Source: an uncultured delta proteobacterium
GTDB lineage: Bacteria > Desulfobacterota > Binatia > Binatales > Binataceae
Assembly: GCA_963842085.1 (NCBI GenBank)
Contig: CAWJET010000002.1
Span: 640,001 to 704,000, forward strand
DNA length: 64,000 bases
Direction: 5' to 3'
Shown here: in pieces, positions 29,184-38,240 of the stretch
Layout: each line of letters begins with the position of its first letter
Numbering within the stretch: position 1 is the first letter of the stretch
Notes under the pieces: generated by a model
The model's input: only the letters and a program-made list of their open reading frames with translations
The model's database searches: none
What the model was told of the DNA's origin: nothing
Translations under genes and position numbers: made by a program

Positions 29184-29498
29184 ATGAAATCCATTCGAGT
29201 CGAGCAAGCCAACGGTCCTTTCAAGCTGGTCGATGAAAAAATCGTCGAGCCCGCGCGCAGACAAGGTGCAGGCGTGCGGCATCTGTCACAGCGACGTGTG
29301 CGCGTCCTCGACACAATCGCCTCGCGCCACTCAGCCGGCACCGTGATAGTCGCAAGCCACGGCAACCTGGTCGCGCTCGCGCTGCACGCGATAATGCCAA
29401 ACGTCGACTACGCGTTCTGGGAATCGATCCCGATGCCGGCAGTGTTCACGCTGGTGCGGGAGGATAAGGGCTGGAGATGCACGAACAAGAGAACGTAG
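29184..29498 (+). pseudogene. Chimeric remnant: 5' end of a Zn-dependent alcohol dehydrogenase joined to the 3' end of a histidine phosphatase
   Basis: MKSIRVEQANGPFKLVDEKIVEP, then KVQACGICHSDV out of frame at about 29263-29298, then VIVASHGNL...FWESIPMPAVF. Confidence 0.7.
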
Positions 29499-29549
29499 GA
29501 CAACTCAGCCTGGACACGACGCTCGCATCGTCCGTTGCCCGATTCTTGC

Positions 29550-29613
29550 GTCATCCAGAGCGAAGCGAAGGAAGCCGGATCCGGGATTCTTCGCCGCAGC
29601 GGCTCTGAATGAC
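29550..29613. repeat. REP-like palindrome GTCATCCAGAGCGAAGCGAAG...CTTCGCCGCAGCGGCTCTGAATGAC
   Basis: Inverted GTCAT/ATGAC termini, between convergent ORFs; same family as the arms at 7974 and 62841-63055. Confidence 0.75.
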
Positions 29614-29643
29614 AGGAGCGAAGGGGGTCGCTGGTGTTCTTCC

Positions 29644-30360
29644 CTACTCGGGCGCGGGCTCCTCGTAATACAAAACGCGCTGGCAGTTCGGGCAAAAGTG
29701 TATCTGCTGATGCTTCTGGATCTCGTTGTATAACTGCGGCGGCAATCGCATCCTGCATCCCTGGCAGGTTCCGCCCTTCGCCAGCGCAACCGCGACGCCC
29801 GCGCGCCGGTTGAAAATCATCTGGTAGCGCGAGAGCAAGTTCGCATCGACGTTCTCGGCTACCTTCTCGCGCGCCTTGCGTTGCTTCCCGATGCTGCCCT
29901 TGAGCTCTTCGACTTCGGCCGCGATTTCCTTTTCCGCCGCCGTCAGATCGACGCGGCCTTTCGCGATCGCTTCGGTCAGCTCCTTGATTCGCGCCGTCCG
30001 CGCATCCGCGCCTTCCATCGAGGCAAGCAACTCGCCCTCGAGCCGCTGATTGCTCTCCTTCAACGACTCGATCTCGTGGGTCAGCGCCTGCAGTTCCTTG
30101 TCGTTGCGGACCAGCGTCAATCGCATCCGCTTGTTGCGGATTCGGACTTCGCCCTCGGCCAGTTCACGCTCGCCCTTTTTGCGGGCCGCGGTTATTTCCT
30201 TGTCTTGCTCGGTCAGGCGTTCGAGTTCGGCCTGGTTGTTCTGGTTCTCTTCACGAAGTTGGTCAACTCGCCCGGCGATCGACGCCAGCTTTTGCTCCAA
30301 CTCCTGCAGCTGCCGGTCGATAACCTGGAGGTCCATCAGCCGGTTTATCTCTTCACGCAA
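29644..30360 (-). CDS. C4-type zinc-ribbon coiled-coil protein (DUF164 / zf-RING_7)
   Basis: L..LQ.ID, long coiled coil, CQGCRMRLPPQ...CPNCQRVLY. Confidence 0.93.
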   Translation of the reverse strand: MREEINRLMDLQVIDRQLQELEQKLASIAGRVDQLREENQNNQAELERLTEQDKEITAARKKGERELAEGEVRIRNKRMRLTLVRNDKELQALTHEIESLKESNQRLEGELLASMEGADARTARIKELTEAIAKGRVDLTAAEKEIAAEVEELKGSIGKQRKAREKVAENVDANLLSRYQMIFNRRAGVAVALAKGGTCQGCRMRLPPQLYNEIQKHQQIHFCPNCQRVLYYEEPAPE

Positions 30361-30458
30361 TTCTTCCCTCCGCTAAGGTTGTGCGCGTCGCGCAAGTCTT
30401 GGTTTTTCGTTGTCTTCATGAAACGTCTCGCCGCGCAGTGCCGCAAACGTGATTGATA

Positions 30459-30534
30459 TGGGCCCACCAGGATTTGAACCTGGGACCAGCCGGTTATGAG
30501 CCGGCAGCTCTGAACCTGGCTGAGCTATGGGCCC
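30459..30534 (-). tRNA. tRNA with CAT anticodon, probably tRNA-Ile2 (lysidine); CCA not encoded
   Basis: GGGCCCA acceptor stem (paired 1:72, so not initiator), loop CTCATAA, A discriminator; location after dnaG is typical for Ile2. Confidence 0.88.
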
Positions 30535-30632
30535 TCTGGAGTGCATCAGGCTGCTCTGATGGTAGCAAGTTCGCGCAAAAGACTTAAGGGCTGACGGTCG
30601 GAACATTCGTTCAACTTATGTACATCCGTTCC

Positions 30633-32438
30633 TCACGCGCCGCGACCCTCGCGTCGGAGCGCGATCACGGCTTGCGCCGTTGACACATCGGCTGCGCCCT
30701 GGCGCAGGCGGCCGAGTTCGCGCGCGCGGCGGCGGCGCTCGAGCGCGACGACGTAGTCATTGACGAGAGCGCGGCATTTCTCGAGATCGCTGGAATATTT
30801 CTGCGTCTCGTCCTCGACGTCTTCAGTCTGCGGCCCGACGGCAAACTCGCTCACCCGGCTTTGCTCGTCGGCGGTCAGCCGATCGGCAATCCATTGTTCC
30901 AGCGCAGTGTATGGCTCGTCGGTGCGGCACAGGTCGGCCAGCACGTCGCCCCGGCGAATTTCTTCGAAATTCGCCGCGGCTCCGGACTGCGCAATTTCGT
31001 TGCGCAGCTCCGGATGCAGCAGCGCCAGCGCGATCAGGCCGAGTTCGGCCTTCGCGCCGGCGTCGCCGCCGCCGCCCGCCGCGGCGGGCGGCGGGTCGGG
31101 GTTCGCGCGCGTATCGCGCGCGAACCCCGACGGCGTCGCGGACCGCGAATGCGGTCCGCGCGCCTCCTTGCGCAATACTTCCTCTCCAATCGAGAGGAGG
31201 TCGGCGGCTTTGCGCGCCAACAAATCGAACTGAAAGGGATCGCCGACCAGCTTGAGCATCTCGGCCGCGCGCTGCGCCGCCCGCGCGCGCTCGGCGATCG
31301 AGCCGCGCGCCTCGCTCGCCTGCTCGCTGAGAAAATAGTCGACCAGCAATTCGGATTTCTCGATCAGCTCCGCGAACGCGGCTACGCCGCGTTCGCGGAT
31401 AAACGTATCGGGATCGAAACCCGACGGAATGAAAATCCCCCGTCCCAGCAAGCCCGCCTGCAAAAAAATCTCCAGCGCCCGCATCGAGGCTTTGCGCCCT
31501 GCCGCGTCGCCGTCGAAGCACGCAATCACATTTTTCGTGTATCGACTCAGCACGCGAAGCTGCTCGACCGTCAGCGCCGTGCCGCATCCCGCGACCGTCT
31601 CCTTGAACCCCGCCTGCCACAGCGCAATCACGTCGAAGTAACCTTCGACCAGGATCGCGCGGTCCTTGCCCGACGCCGCGCTGGACGAAATCGCCTGCCG
31701 CGCTTCGAACAGTCCGTAAAGCGTTCGCGTCTTCGAGTACAGCGGCGACTCGGGCGAGTTGATGTACTTGGGAAGGCGAGCGTCGAGCACGCGCCCGCCG
31801 AATGCGATCGCGCGCCCTTGCGCGTCGCGAATCGGGAACATCACACGCGCGCGAAACATGTCGTAGGCTTCGTTGCCATCTTTCCTGACGAGGCCAACTT
31901 TCACGCCCGCCTCGCGCAGTCCGCGCTTTTCGAGCGCCTTCGCCAGCGACGCCGGCCGGCTCGGCGCAAACCCGAGCATGAACGCGCGCGCCGTCTCGAC
32001 GCTGATGCCGCGCGACTTCAAGTAGTCGCGCGCGAGCGCGCCGTCAGTCGTGTTCCACAGCACGTGCGCGAAGAATTCGGCCGCAACCTCGCTGGCTTTG
32101 AGCATCGCTTCGCGCTCGCCGGCCGCCGGCCCGGATACATCGTGCTCGGGAATCGTAACGCCGTATTTTTTCGCGAGCGAACGCACCGCTTCGGGAAACG
32201 TCAGGCCCTCGACACGCATGATGAAATTGAAAACGCTGCCGCCCGCGCCGCATCCAAAGCAATGAAAGAATCCGCGCTCGGCATTCACCGAGAACGACGG
32301 TGTCTTCTCGTTATGAAACGGACACAGGCCGACGAAGTTGCGCCCCGCCCGGCGCAGGCGCACGTGCGCGCCGACAATCTCGACGATATCGACGCGCGAA
32401 CGTACTTCCTCGATCTTGTCGTCGCCGAAGCGCCCCAT
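30633..32438 (-). CDS. dnaG: DNA primase
   Basis: CPFHNEKTPSF...HCFGCG zinc finger, FGGR, KYINSPE, TOPRIM VEGYFDV, FDGDAAG, DPD. Confidence 0.97.
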   Translation of the reverse strand: MGRFGDDKIEEVRSRVDIVEIVGAHVRLRRAGRNFVGLCPFHNEKTPSFSVNAERGFFHCFGCGAGGSVFNFIMRVEGLTFPEAVRSLAKKYGVTIPEHDVSGPAAGEREAMLKASEVAAEFFAHVLWNTTDGALARDYLKSRGISVETARAFMLGFAPSRPASLAKALEKRGLREAGVKVGLVRKDGNEAYDMFRARVMFPIRDAQGRAIAFGGRVLDARLPKYINSPESPLYSKTRTLYGLFEARQAISSSAASGKDRAILVEGYFDVIALWQAGFKETVAGCGTALTVEQLRVLSRYTKNVIACFDGDAAGRKASMRALEIFLQAGLLGRGIFIPSGFDPDTFIRERGVAAFAELIEKSELLVDYFLSEQASEARGSIAERARAAQRAAEMLKLVGDPFQFDLLARKAADLLSIGEEVLRKEARGPHSRSATPSGFARDTRANPDPPPAAAGGGGDAGAKAELGLIALALLHPELRNEIAQSGAAANFEEIRRGDVLADLCRTDEPYTALEQWIADRLTADEQSRVSEFAVGPQTEDVEDETQKYSSDLEKCRALVNDYVVALERRRRARELGRLRQGAADVSTAQAVIALRREGRGA

Positions 32439-33142
32439 CAGCCGCCCATCACCGTCCGCAACCGCTCCGGATAGTTGGTCATGATACCGTCAACACCGCA
32501 TTCGATGAGCGCGCGCATCCGCGCGTCCGCGTCCACCGTCCAGGTGTACACCTTGAAGCCGCGCTCGTGCGCCGCCTTGCACAGATCGGCGGTCACCATG
32601 TCCCAGCGCGGATTGATTGCATGCGCGCGCATCGCAACCGCGTTCATCATCAGGTCAACCGGCTTCTCGTCGGCAAGCAGACCGACGCGAATATTGAAAT
32701 GGAGCTGCTGGATTTTCTTCAGATATTCCCAATCGAAGCTCGACACGATGCTGTCGCCGAACGCGCTGCGCGCCTGCATGATCTGTGCGACCTGATGCTC
32801 GAGACCGCCCGCCTTGAGCTCGATATTGAGCCCGCACTTGCCGCTGATGACGGCGAACACCTCGTCCAGCGTGGGAATTCGCTCGCCCTTGACCGCGCCG
32901 CGCTTGAACTTCGCGCCCGCGTCCAGTCGCTTGAGCTCCTCGAGGGTCAGCTCCGCGACTTCACCCTTGCCGTCGGTGGTGCGCTCGACCGTCTCGTCAT
33001 GAATTACCACGACGGCCCCGTCGCGGCTGAGCTGCACGTCCAGTTCGCACATGTCCGCACCCGCGTTGATTGCGGCGCCAAACGCGCTCAGGGTGTTCTC
33101 GGGAAAAGTACCGCTCGCCCCGCGATGGGCTATGTTCAGCAC
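32438..33142 (-). CDS. Glycerophosphodiester phosphodiesterase
   Basis: IAHRGAS..FPENT, ELDVQLSRDG.VVVIHD, NIELK, WTVD, GVDGIMTNYP. Confidence 0.95.
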   Translation of the reverse strand: MLNIAHRGASGTFPENTLSAFGAAINAGADMCELDVQLSRDGAVVVIHDETVERTTDGKGEVAELTLEELKRLDAGAKFKRGAVKGERIPTLDEVFAVISGKCGLNIELKAGGLEHQVAQIMQARSAFGDSIVSSFDWEYLKKIQQLHFNIRVGLLADEKPVDLMMNAVAMRAHAINPRWDMVTADLCKAAHERGFKVYTWTVDADARMRALIECGVDGIMTNYPERLRTVMGG

Positions 33143-33307
33143 AGCCCGCCTCCGCCACTTTGGAACAATTGAAGTCTGATAATGATGCGAGTGTACGCGC
33201 TCATCGAGCGCAGGCGCAAACGCGGTGGCCTTAACTTGTGAACAACGATTCCGCGAAACAGGCCTCGAAAGAAATCTGCGCCGATGCCAAAGTCAGGGGG
33301 GAGAAGT

Positions 33308-34258
33308 ATGCAACCCGGATTGGCATCGAGACGAAGTTACACGAGGGCGATATTCCGGACTCACGCGCATCTAGCGGATGAAGCCGCGGGCATCCTAGTG
33401 GCCGGCGGCGCCATCGGATGCGCCGTCGCCGGGATGAAGCTGCCGCGCGCGCGCGCACAAAAGACTGTCGCGTTGGAAGCATACTTTGACCGGATCTCCG
33501 CGAAAGAGTTGGCGCGACTCAAGCTCATGATGGCGCAAGCCGGGATGCTCGCTGACGCCACACGAGACGGCGCGGCGGGTGACGGCGCTCGCGATGGCGG
33601 CCTGAGGAGAATCGTCGACCCCGGATGGTCGACGCTGTGGATGCGGCGGTTCGGGCCGTTTCGCGTCGGGCGGCGAATGCTGATCGTGCCGCCGTGGAAG
33701 CGCAAAAACGAGCGCGGGCGAACGACGATCGTGGTCCAACCCGCGCGCGCTTTCGGCACCGGACACCATCCCACCACGGCCGGCGCACTGCGCGCGATCG
33801 AATCTATCGTCGCCGCGCACGCGCCGAAATCGATTCTCGACGCAGGCACCGGCTCGGGAGTGTTGGCCATCGCGGCGGCGCTGCTCGGCAAGGGCGAGCG
33901 CGAAATAATCGCCATCGACATCGATCCGGCGGCGCTGGAAAATGCGCGTGCGAACGCGCGCCTGAACGGGGTGGAGAAATCAATCCGATTCTCGTCGGTC
34001 CCACTCGCATCGATTCATCGCCACTTCGATCTGATCTTGGCCAATATTCTGAGCCACACCTTGATCGAGCTCGCGCCGCATCTGAAGCAACTCGTCGCGC
34101 CCGGTGGACGATTGGTCCTTGGCGGCTTTCTCGCGGACGAGGCCGACGAAGTGCTGAGTCACTACAGGTCGCCGCTACGGCCGCGGCCGTACCGATGTCT
34201 CAGCCGCAAGACCCATCGCGGATGGACGACGCTCGTGATGGCGCGAGCGCCACGCTGA
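33308..34258 (+). CDS. prmA: 50S ribosomal protein L11 methyltransferase (start uncertain)
   Basis: IVPPW, AFGTGHHPTT, LDAGTGSGVLAI, DID, LANIL. Confidence 0.9.
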   Translation: MQPGLASRRSYTRAIFRTHAHLADEAAGILVAGGAIGCAVAGMKLPRARAQKTVALEAYFDRISAKELARLKLMMAQAGMLADATRDGAAGDGARDGGLRRIVDPGWSTLWMRRFGPFRVGRRMLIVPPWKRKNERGRTTIVVQPARAFGTGHHPTTAGALRAIESIVAAHAPKSILDAGTGSGVLAIAAALLGKGEREIIAIDIDPAALENARANARLNGVEKSIRFSSVPLASIHRHFDLILANILSHTLIELAPHLKQLVAPGGRLVLGGFLADEADEVLSHYRSPLRPRPYRCLSRKTHRGWTTLVMARAPR

Positions 34259-35019
34259 TGGGTGTTTCGTTGAGGCCGCGGTGTTTTTCTATCGTGCGCG
34301 CGCCGGATGCGACCGGTTTGGCACACGTCGAGGGCGCGGAGTTGCATCACATGCGCACGGTCTTGCGATTGGCGGTGGGCGTTCGCGTGTCGTTGCTCGA
34401 TCCCACGGGCTTCAAGCATCAGGGCGTAATCGAGCGCTACGAACGCGACCGCGCCGCGATTCGCATCGAATCATCGTCATCGTCGCATCCGCAAACTCGG
34501 ATCATCGTGGCCGCCGCAATCATAAAAGGCGCGCGAATGGACTTCATCATCGAAAAGGCCGCCGAGTTGGGCGTTTCCGAATTATGGCCGATCGTCTGTG
34601 CGCGCGGATTGGTCCGTTCGCCGGGCACGGAGCGGCTGGCGCGATGGCGCAGGCTCGCGCTCGCCGCGGCCAAGCAGAGCCAGTCCGCGGCCACAATGGA
34701 AGTGAGATCGCCGATCGGCGTTGATGACTTGATTCGCGGCGTGCCGCCGGTGACGCTCGCCGTAATCTGCGCGCAAGGCGGAGAGCCGCTCGGCGCCGTG
34801 ATTCGACGCGCGCATCCGCGTGGGATATTGATAGCGGTTGGACCGGAGGGCGATTTCGACGACGGCGAGCGCGCGAAGATTGCGAAGGCGGGATTCGTTG
34901 CGGCCGGACTCGGGCCGAATCGCCTCCGGAGCGAGACAGCGGCCCTGGCAGCGGTCGGCATAGCGGCAGGATTGCTTCACGATGGACAAGGGTCAGGCGA
35001 AGATGCCGAAACGGAATAA
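34258..35019 (+). CDS. rsmE: 16S rRNA m3U1498 methyltransferase
   Basis: HHMRTVLRL, IEKAAELGV, AAKQS, VGPEGDF, LGPNRLRSETA; ATG overlaps the prmA stop. Confidence 0.92.
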   Translation: MGVSLRPRCFSIVRAPDATGLAHVEGAELHHMRTVLRLAVGVRVSLLDPTGFKHQGVIERYERDRAAIRIESSSSSHPQTRIIVAAAIIKGARMDFIIEKAAELGVSELWPIVCARGLVRSPGTERLARWRRLALAAAKQSQSAATMEVRSPIGVDDLIRGVPPVTLAVICAQGGEPLGAVIRRAHPRGILIAVGPEGDFDDGERAKIAKAGFVAAGLGPNRLRSETAALAAVGIAAGLLHDGQGSGEDAETE

Positions 35020-35983
35020 GACGGTGGCGCGCAAGTTCGCGTTTATCATGGACCCGCTCGAGCGGGTGCTGGTCGACAAAGACACGACGTTCGTGTTCAT
35101 GCTCGAGGCGCAATTGCGCGGCCATGCGCTTTATTTTCTCGGCATCCGCGACCTTTACGCGCGCGGGCCGCAAGCGATCGCGCGGGCGCGTCAATGCGAG
35201 GTGATGCGCGGGAATCCTCATTACCGGTTCCTCGACGAGGGCGCCGAGTATCCGCTCGAGACCTTCGATGCGGTCTTCATGCGCAAGGATCCGCCCGCCG
35301 ATGCAGCCTATCTCTACGCCACGATGTTGCTAAGCCTGGCCGACAGCCGCCGCACGTTCGTGCTCAACCATCCGGCGGGTCTGCGCGAGGCCAACGAAAA
35401 GCTCTACTCGCTGAATTTCCCCGACGCGATTCCGCCGACGCTCGTCACCTATGAGATTCCGCGCCTGAAGACGTTTCTCGACGAACAGGGCGGCGAGATG
35501 ATCGTGAAGCCGCTGGACGGTCACGGCGGCGAAGGCGTGTTTCTCGTCACCGCGAAGGACCGCAACCTGGGCGCGATTCTCGAGACGGTCACCCAATACG
35601 AGTCGCGCCTCATCATGGCCCAGCGCTACCTCGCCGCGGCTCGCAACGGCGACAAGCGGCTGATCGTGCTCAACGGCGAGCCGCTGGGATGCACGCTGCG
35701 GGTGCCGCGCGACGACGAGCATCGCGGCAACATCCACGTCGGCGGCACCTGCGTGAAGGCGCCCGTCACTGCGCGCGATCGCGAGATCTGCCGGATGCTG
35801 AAGCCGCGGCTGGAGCGCGACGGGCTGTACTTCGTCGGCCTCGACATCATCGGCGACTACCTGACCGAGGTGAACGTGACGAGTCCGACCGGCGTGCAGG
35901 AGATCGACCGGCTCGAGGGCGCAAACCTGGAAGCCAAGGTAATCGATTTCGTCGAGTCGCGAGTGGCCGGCCTCAAGCGATGA
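35003..35983 (+). CDS. gshB: Glutathione synthetase
   Basis: IMDP...KDTT, MRKDPP, REANEKL, KPLDGHGG, GDKR, RGNIHVGG, TEVNVTSPTG. Confidence 0.96.
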   Translation: MPKRNKTVARKFAFIMDPLERVLVDKDTTFVFMLEAQLRGHALYFLGIRDLYARGPQAIARARQCEVMRGNPHYRFLDEGAEYPLETFDAVFMRKDPPADAAYLYATMLLSLADSRRTFVLNHPAGLREANEKLYSLNFPDAIPPTLVTYEIPRLKTFLDEQGGEMIVKPLDGHGGEGVFLVTAKDRNLGAILETVTQYESRLIMAQRYLAAARNGDKRLIVLNGEPLGCTLRVPRDDEHRGNIHVGGTCVKAPVTARDREICRMLKPRLERDGLYFVGLDIIGDYLTEVNVTSPTGVQEIDRLEGANLEAKVIDFVESRVAGLKR

Positions 35984-36058
35984 AGGGGCCGTTGCACGGC
36001 GCGGCAATCATCGGTACCAATGAAAGTTCGCTTCACCGCGAACGCGTCCAATCACGGT

Positions 36059-36134
36059 GGGCAGGTAGCTCAGTCGGTAGAGCAAAGGACTGAAAATCCT
36101 TGTGTCGAGTGTTCGATTCACTCCCTGCCCACCA
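36059..36134 (+). tRNA. tRNA-Phe (GAA)
   Basis: GGGCAGG acceptor stem, loop CTGAAAA, TTCGATT, encoded CCA. Confidence 0.96.
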
Positions 36135-36206
36135 AAGACCGCAACCGAAGCCGAGGTTTGCTCGCTCGGAACGGCATCAGACGAGCGTCGGCCCGGCGAA
36201 CGGCGG

Positions 36207-36659
36207 TTACCGGCGCGGGGCGCGCCAGACCTCGGGCTTCTTGCCGGTCGTCATTTCGGCCAGCGAGGTCAGTTCGACGCGATCAGCCGTTATCAGCATC
36301 AGGCCGAAGTCCTTCGATTCGGGACCGCCGGGCCAGAACTGCGCGAGGTCGTAGTCAAAGACCTTGCCGCTCCAGATTCGCTTCTTCTCCGCCACGTCTT
36401 CGACAAACTTGGCCTTGCCGGTGACGGTCAGGTGAATCATCTCGGGCCCGATTTGGTAGAAGAGCTCGACCCTGGGATTTTTGTCGATGTGACGTGCCTT
36501 GGCCGAACCGCGTCCGGTCGCGACCCACACGCGCTCACCCTCGAACGCCGGATGCACGACGCGGACCTTGGGCTGGGTTCCGTCGGCGGTCGCGAGATAT
36601 GCCCAGGTCGCCTTTGCGGCGGCCGCGTGAGCCTTGTCCCAGAATGTTGGATCGCTCAT
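36207..36659 (-). CDS. Pyridoxamine 5'-phosphate oxidase-like split-barrel protein
   Basis: YLATADG.QP.VR, S.K..HI..NPRVEL, W...LAQFWPGGPE; RBS GGAGG. Confidence 0.85.
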   Translation of the reverse strand: MSDPTFWDKAHAAAAKATWAYLATADGTQPKVRVVHPAFEGERVWVATGRGSAKARHIDKNPRVELFYQIGPEMIHLTVTGKAKFVEDVAEKKRIWSGKVFDYDLAQFWPGGPESKDFGLMLITADRVELTSLAEMTTGKKPEVWRAPRR

Positions 36660-36703
36660 CTGAATGCCTCCCGAACGTATTCCGTAACACGCCCGCGATT
36701 GGT

Positions 36704-36733
36704 TTGACACTGCGCGGCATCCCGAACTACGGT
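36704..36733 (+). promoter_or_regulatory. Candidate sigma70 promoter for the TetR-led lipid operon (TTGACA-N18-TACGGT)
   Basis: Perfect -35 hexamer and a TAnnnT -10, overlapped by a weak inverted repeat gaact-N8-agttc. Confidence 0.35.
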
Positions 36734-36757
36734 TAGAGTTCCGCACGGAGAAGCGCG

Positions 36758-37426
36758 ATGGAACGCCACGCCCGACGCGCGCAAGTGTTGCGCCATGCCA
36801 AGCGCATCTTTGCCCGCAAGGGATATCACAGGACCAATGTCGCGGACATCATTGCCCGCGCCCGCATCGCGCGCGGCACCTTCTATCTTTATTTCCAGAA
36901 CAAGAAGGACCTGTTCGAGGAATTGCTCGAGCAGGTGGTCACCGAGCTGACGCAGAGGATTCAGCGGCTGCGCGTCGGACCGGGCCAGGACGACCCGGTC
37001 GATCAATTGCGCGCGAACCTGACGCGAGTGCTCAACTACGTGCTGGCTGAGCGCGAGCTGACCGACATCCTGCTGAACCATTCGACCGGATTCGATCACG
37101 AGCTCGACGACAAGATCCAGAACTTTTACGATCGGATCGCGGCCCTCATTAAACGCTCGCTCGATCTGGGAATCGAGATGAACCTGGTGCGCGCCGCGGA
37201 TACGCGCGCGGTGTCGTACGCGATCCTGGGCGGAATCAAGGAAGTGATCGGGATGCTCTCGCGCAGCAACGACGTGGAGATCTCGGCGCTGGTCGAGGAG
37301 ATACTGCAGTTCGGGCTGAGCGGCGTCGCGCGTCCCGAGTTGTTGAGATTCGTGCGCACGCAAGGCGAAGACGGGCGCGAGCCGCTTCCGGGCAACGGCT
37401 CTTTTTTTGGGCCCAAACTAGACTGA
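36758..37426 (+). CDS. TetR/AcrR-family transcriptional regulator
   Basis: A..IFA.KGYH.T.VADI...A.IARGTFYLYF..K..LF HTH. Confidence 0.95.
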   Translation: MERHARRAQVLRHAKRIFARKGYHRTNVADIIARARIARGTFYLYFQNKKDLFEELLEQVVTELTQRIQRLRVGPGQDDPVDQLRANLTRVLNYVLAERELTDILLNHSTGFDHELDDKIQNFYDRIAALIKRSLDLGIEMNLVRAADTRAVSYAILGGIKEVIGMLSRSNDVEISALVEEILQFGLSGVARPELLRFVRTQGEDGREPLPGNGSFFGPKLD

Positions 37427-37427
37427 C

Positions 37428-38240
37428 ATGTCAGTTTACGCGCATAAGAAACCGCCCAGGTCACACGCGCCCAGGACCGTCAAGCGCCGTGCCGCCTTTT
37501 ACGATCTGGACGGCACGCTGGTCGATCTGAACCTGGTGCATGCCGCGATTTTCACGCTCGCCAACGTCGGTGAATGGACCGGACGTGCTTCGTACCTGCT
37601 CGGATTCGCCGCGCGAATCCCGCGCTTGTACGTTGCCGAACAGCGCGACCGCCGACTGCTGAATACGGTGCTGTTCGAGGCGTTCAAAGGTATCTCGCGC
37701 GACCGGCTGTCTTCGCTGGGCGAGGAATATTGCGAGCGCATCCTCATAGGGCATCTGTTTCCGCGCGCGCTGGAATTGATCGCGGCGAATCGCGCGGCCG
37801 GAATCGAGCCGGTGCTGGTGACGGGTTCGCCGGACTTCATCGTGGCGCCCCTGGCGCGTCACCTGGGGATCGCCGACTTCGCCGCGAACCGATTTGTCTT
37901 CAGCCGCGGCCGCGCGACCGGCCGGCTGGCCGAACCGGTTATGGCGGGCGACGAGAAAGCGGTCTGGTGCGAGGACTACGCTGCCGCGCACGACATCGAC
38001 CTGGCGGATTGCTGGGCTTACGCCGACTCGCACTACGACACCGCGTTTTTGGCCGCGGCCGGGCATCCCGTGGCCGTCAACCCCGACCGCAGATTGCGCG
38101 CGGCCGCGCTCAGCCGGCAATGGCCGGTGCTCCACTTCGAGACGGCAGCGTCTTCGGAGCGGGCCTACGATTTCGACAACGACCTGGACCCCAACCACGA
38201 CGGCGAACGATCGACGCGAGGCTCGAATGGCGCGCCCTGA
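37428..38240 (+). CDS. HAD-IB family phosphatase (ElbB-like)
   Basis: FYDLDGTL, LVTGS, EK, YADSHYD, GHPVAVNPD. Confidence 0.9.
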   Translation: MSVYAHKKPPRSHAPRTVKRRAAFYDLDGTLVDLNLVHAAIFTLANVGEWTGRASYLLGFAARIPRLYVAEQRDRRLLNTVLFEAFKGISRDRLSSLGEEYCERILIGHLFPRALELIAANRAAGIEPVLVTGSPDFIVAPLARHLGIADFAANRFVFSRGRATGRLAEPVMAGDEKAVWCEDYAAAHDIDLADCWAYADSHYDTAFLAAAGHPVAVNPDRRLRAAALSRQWPVLHFETAASSERAYDFDNDLDPNHDGERSTRGSNGAP

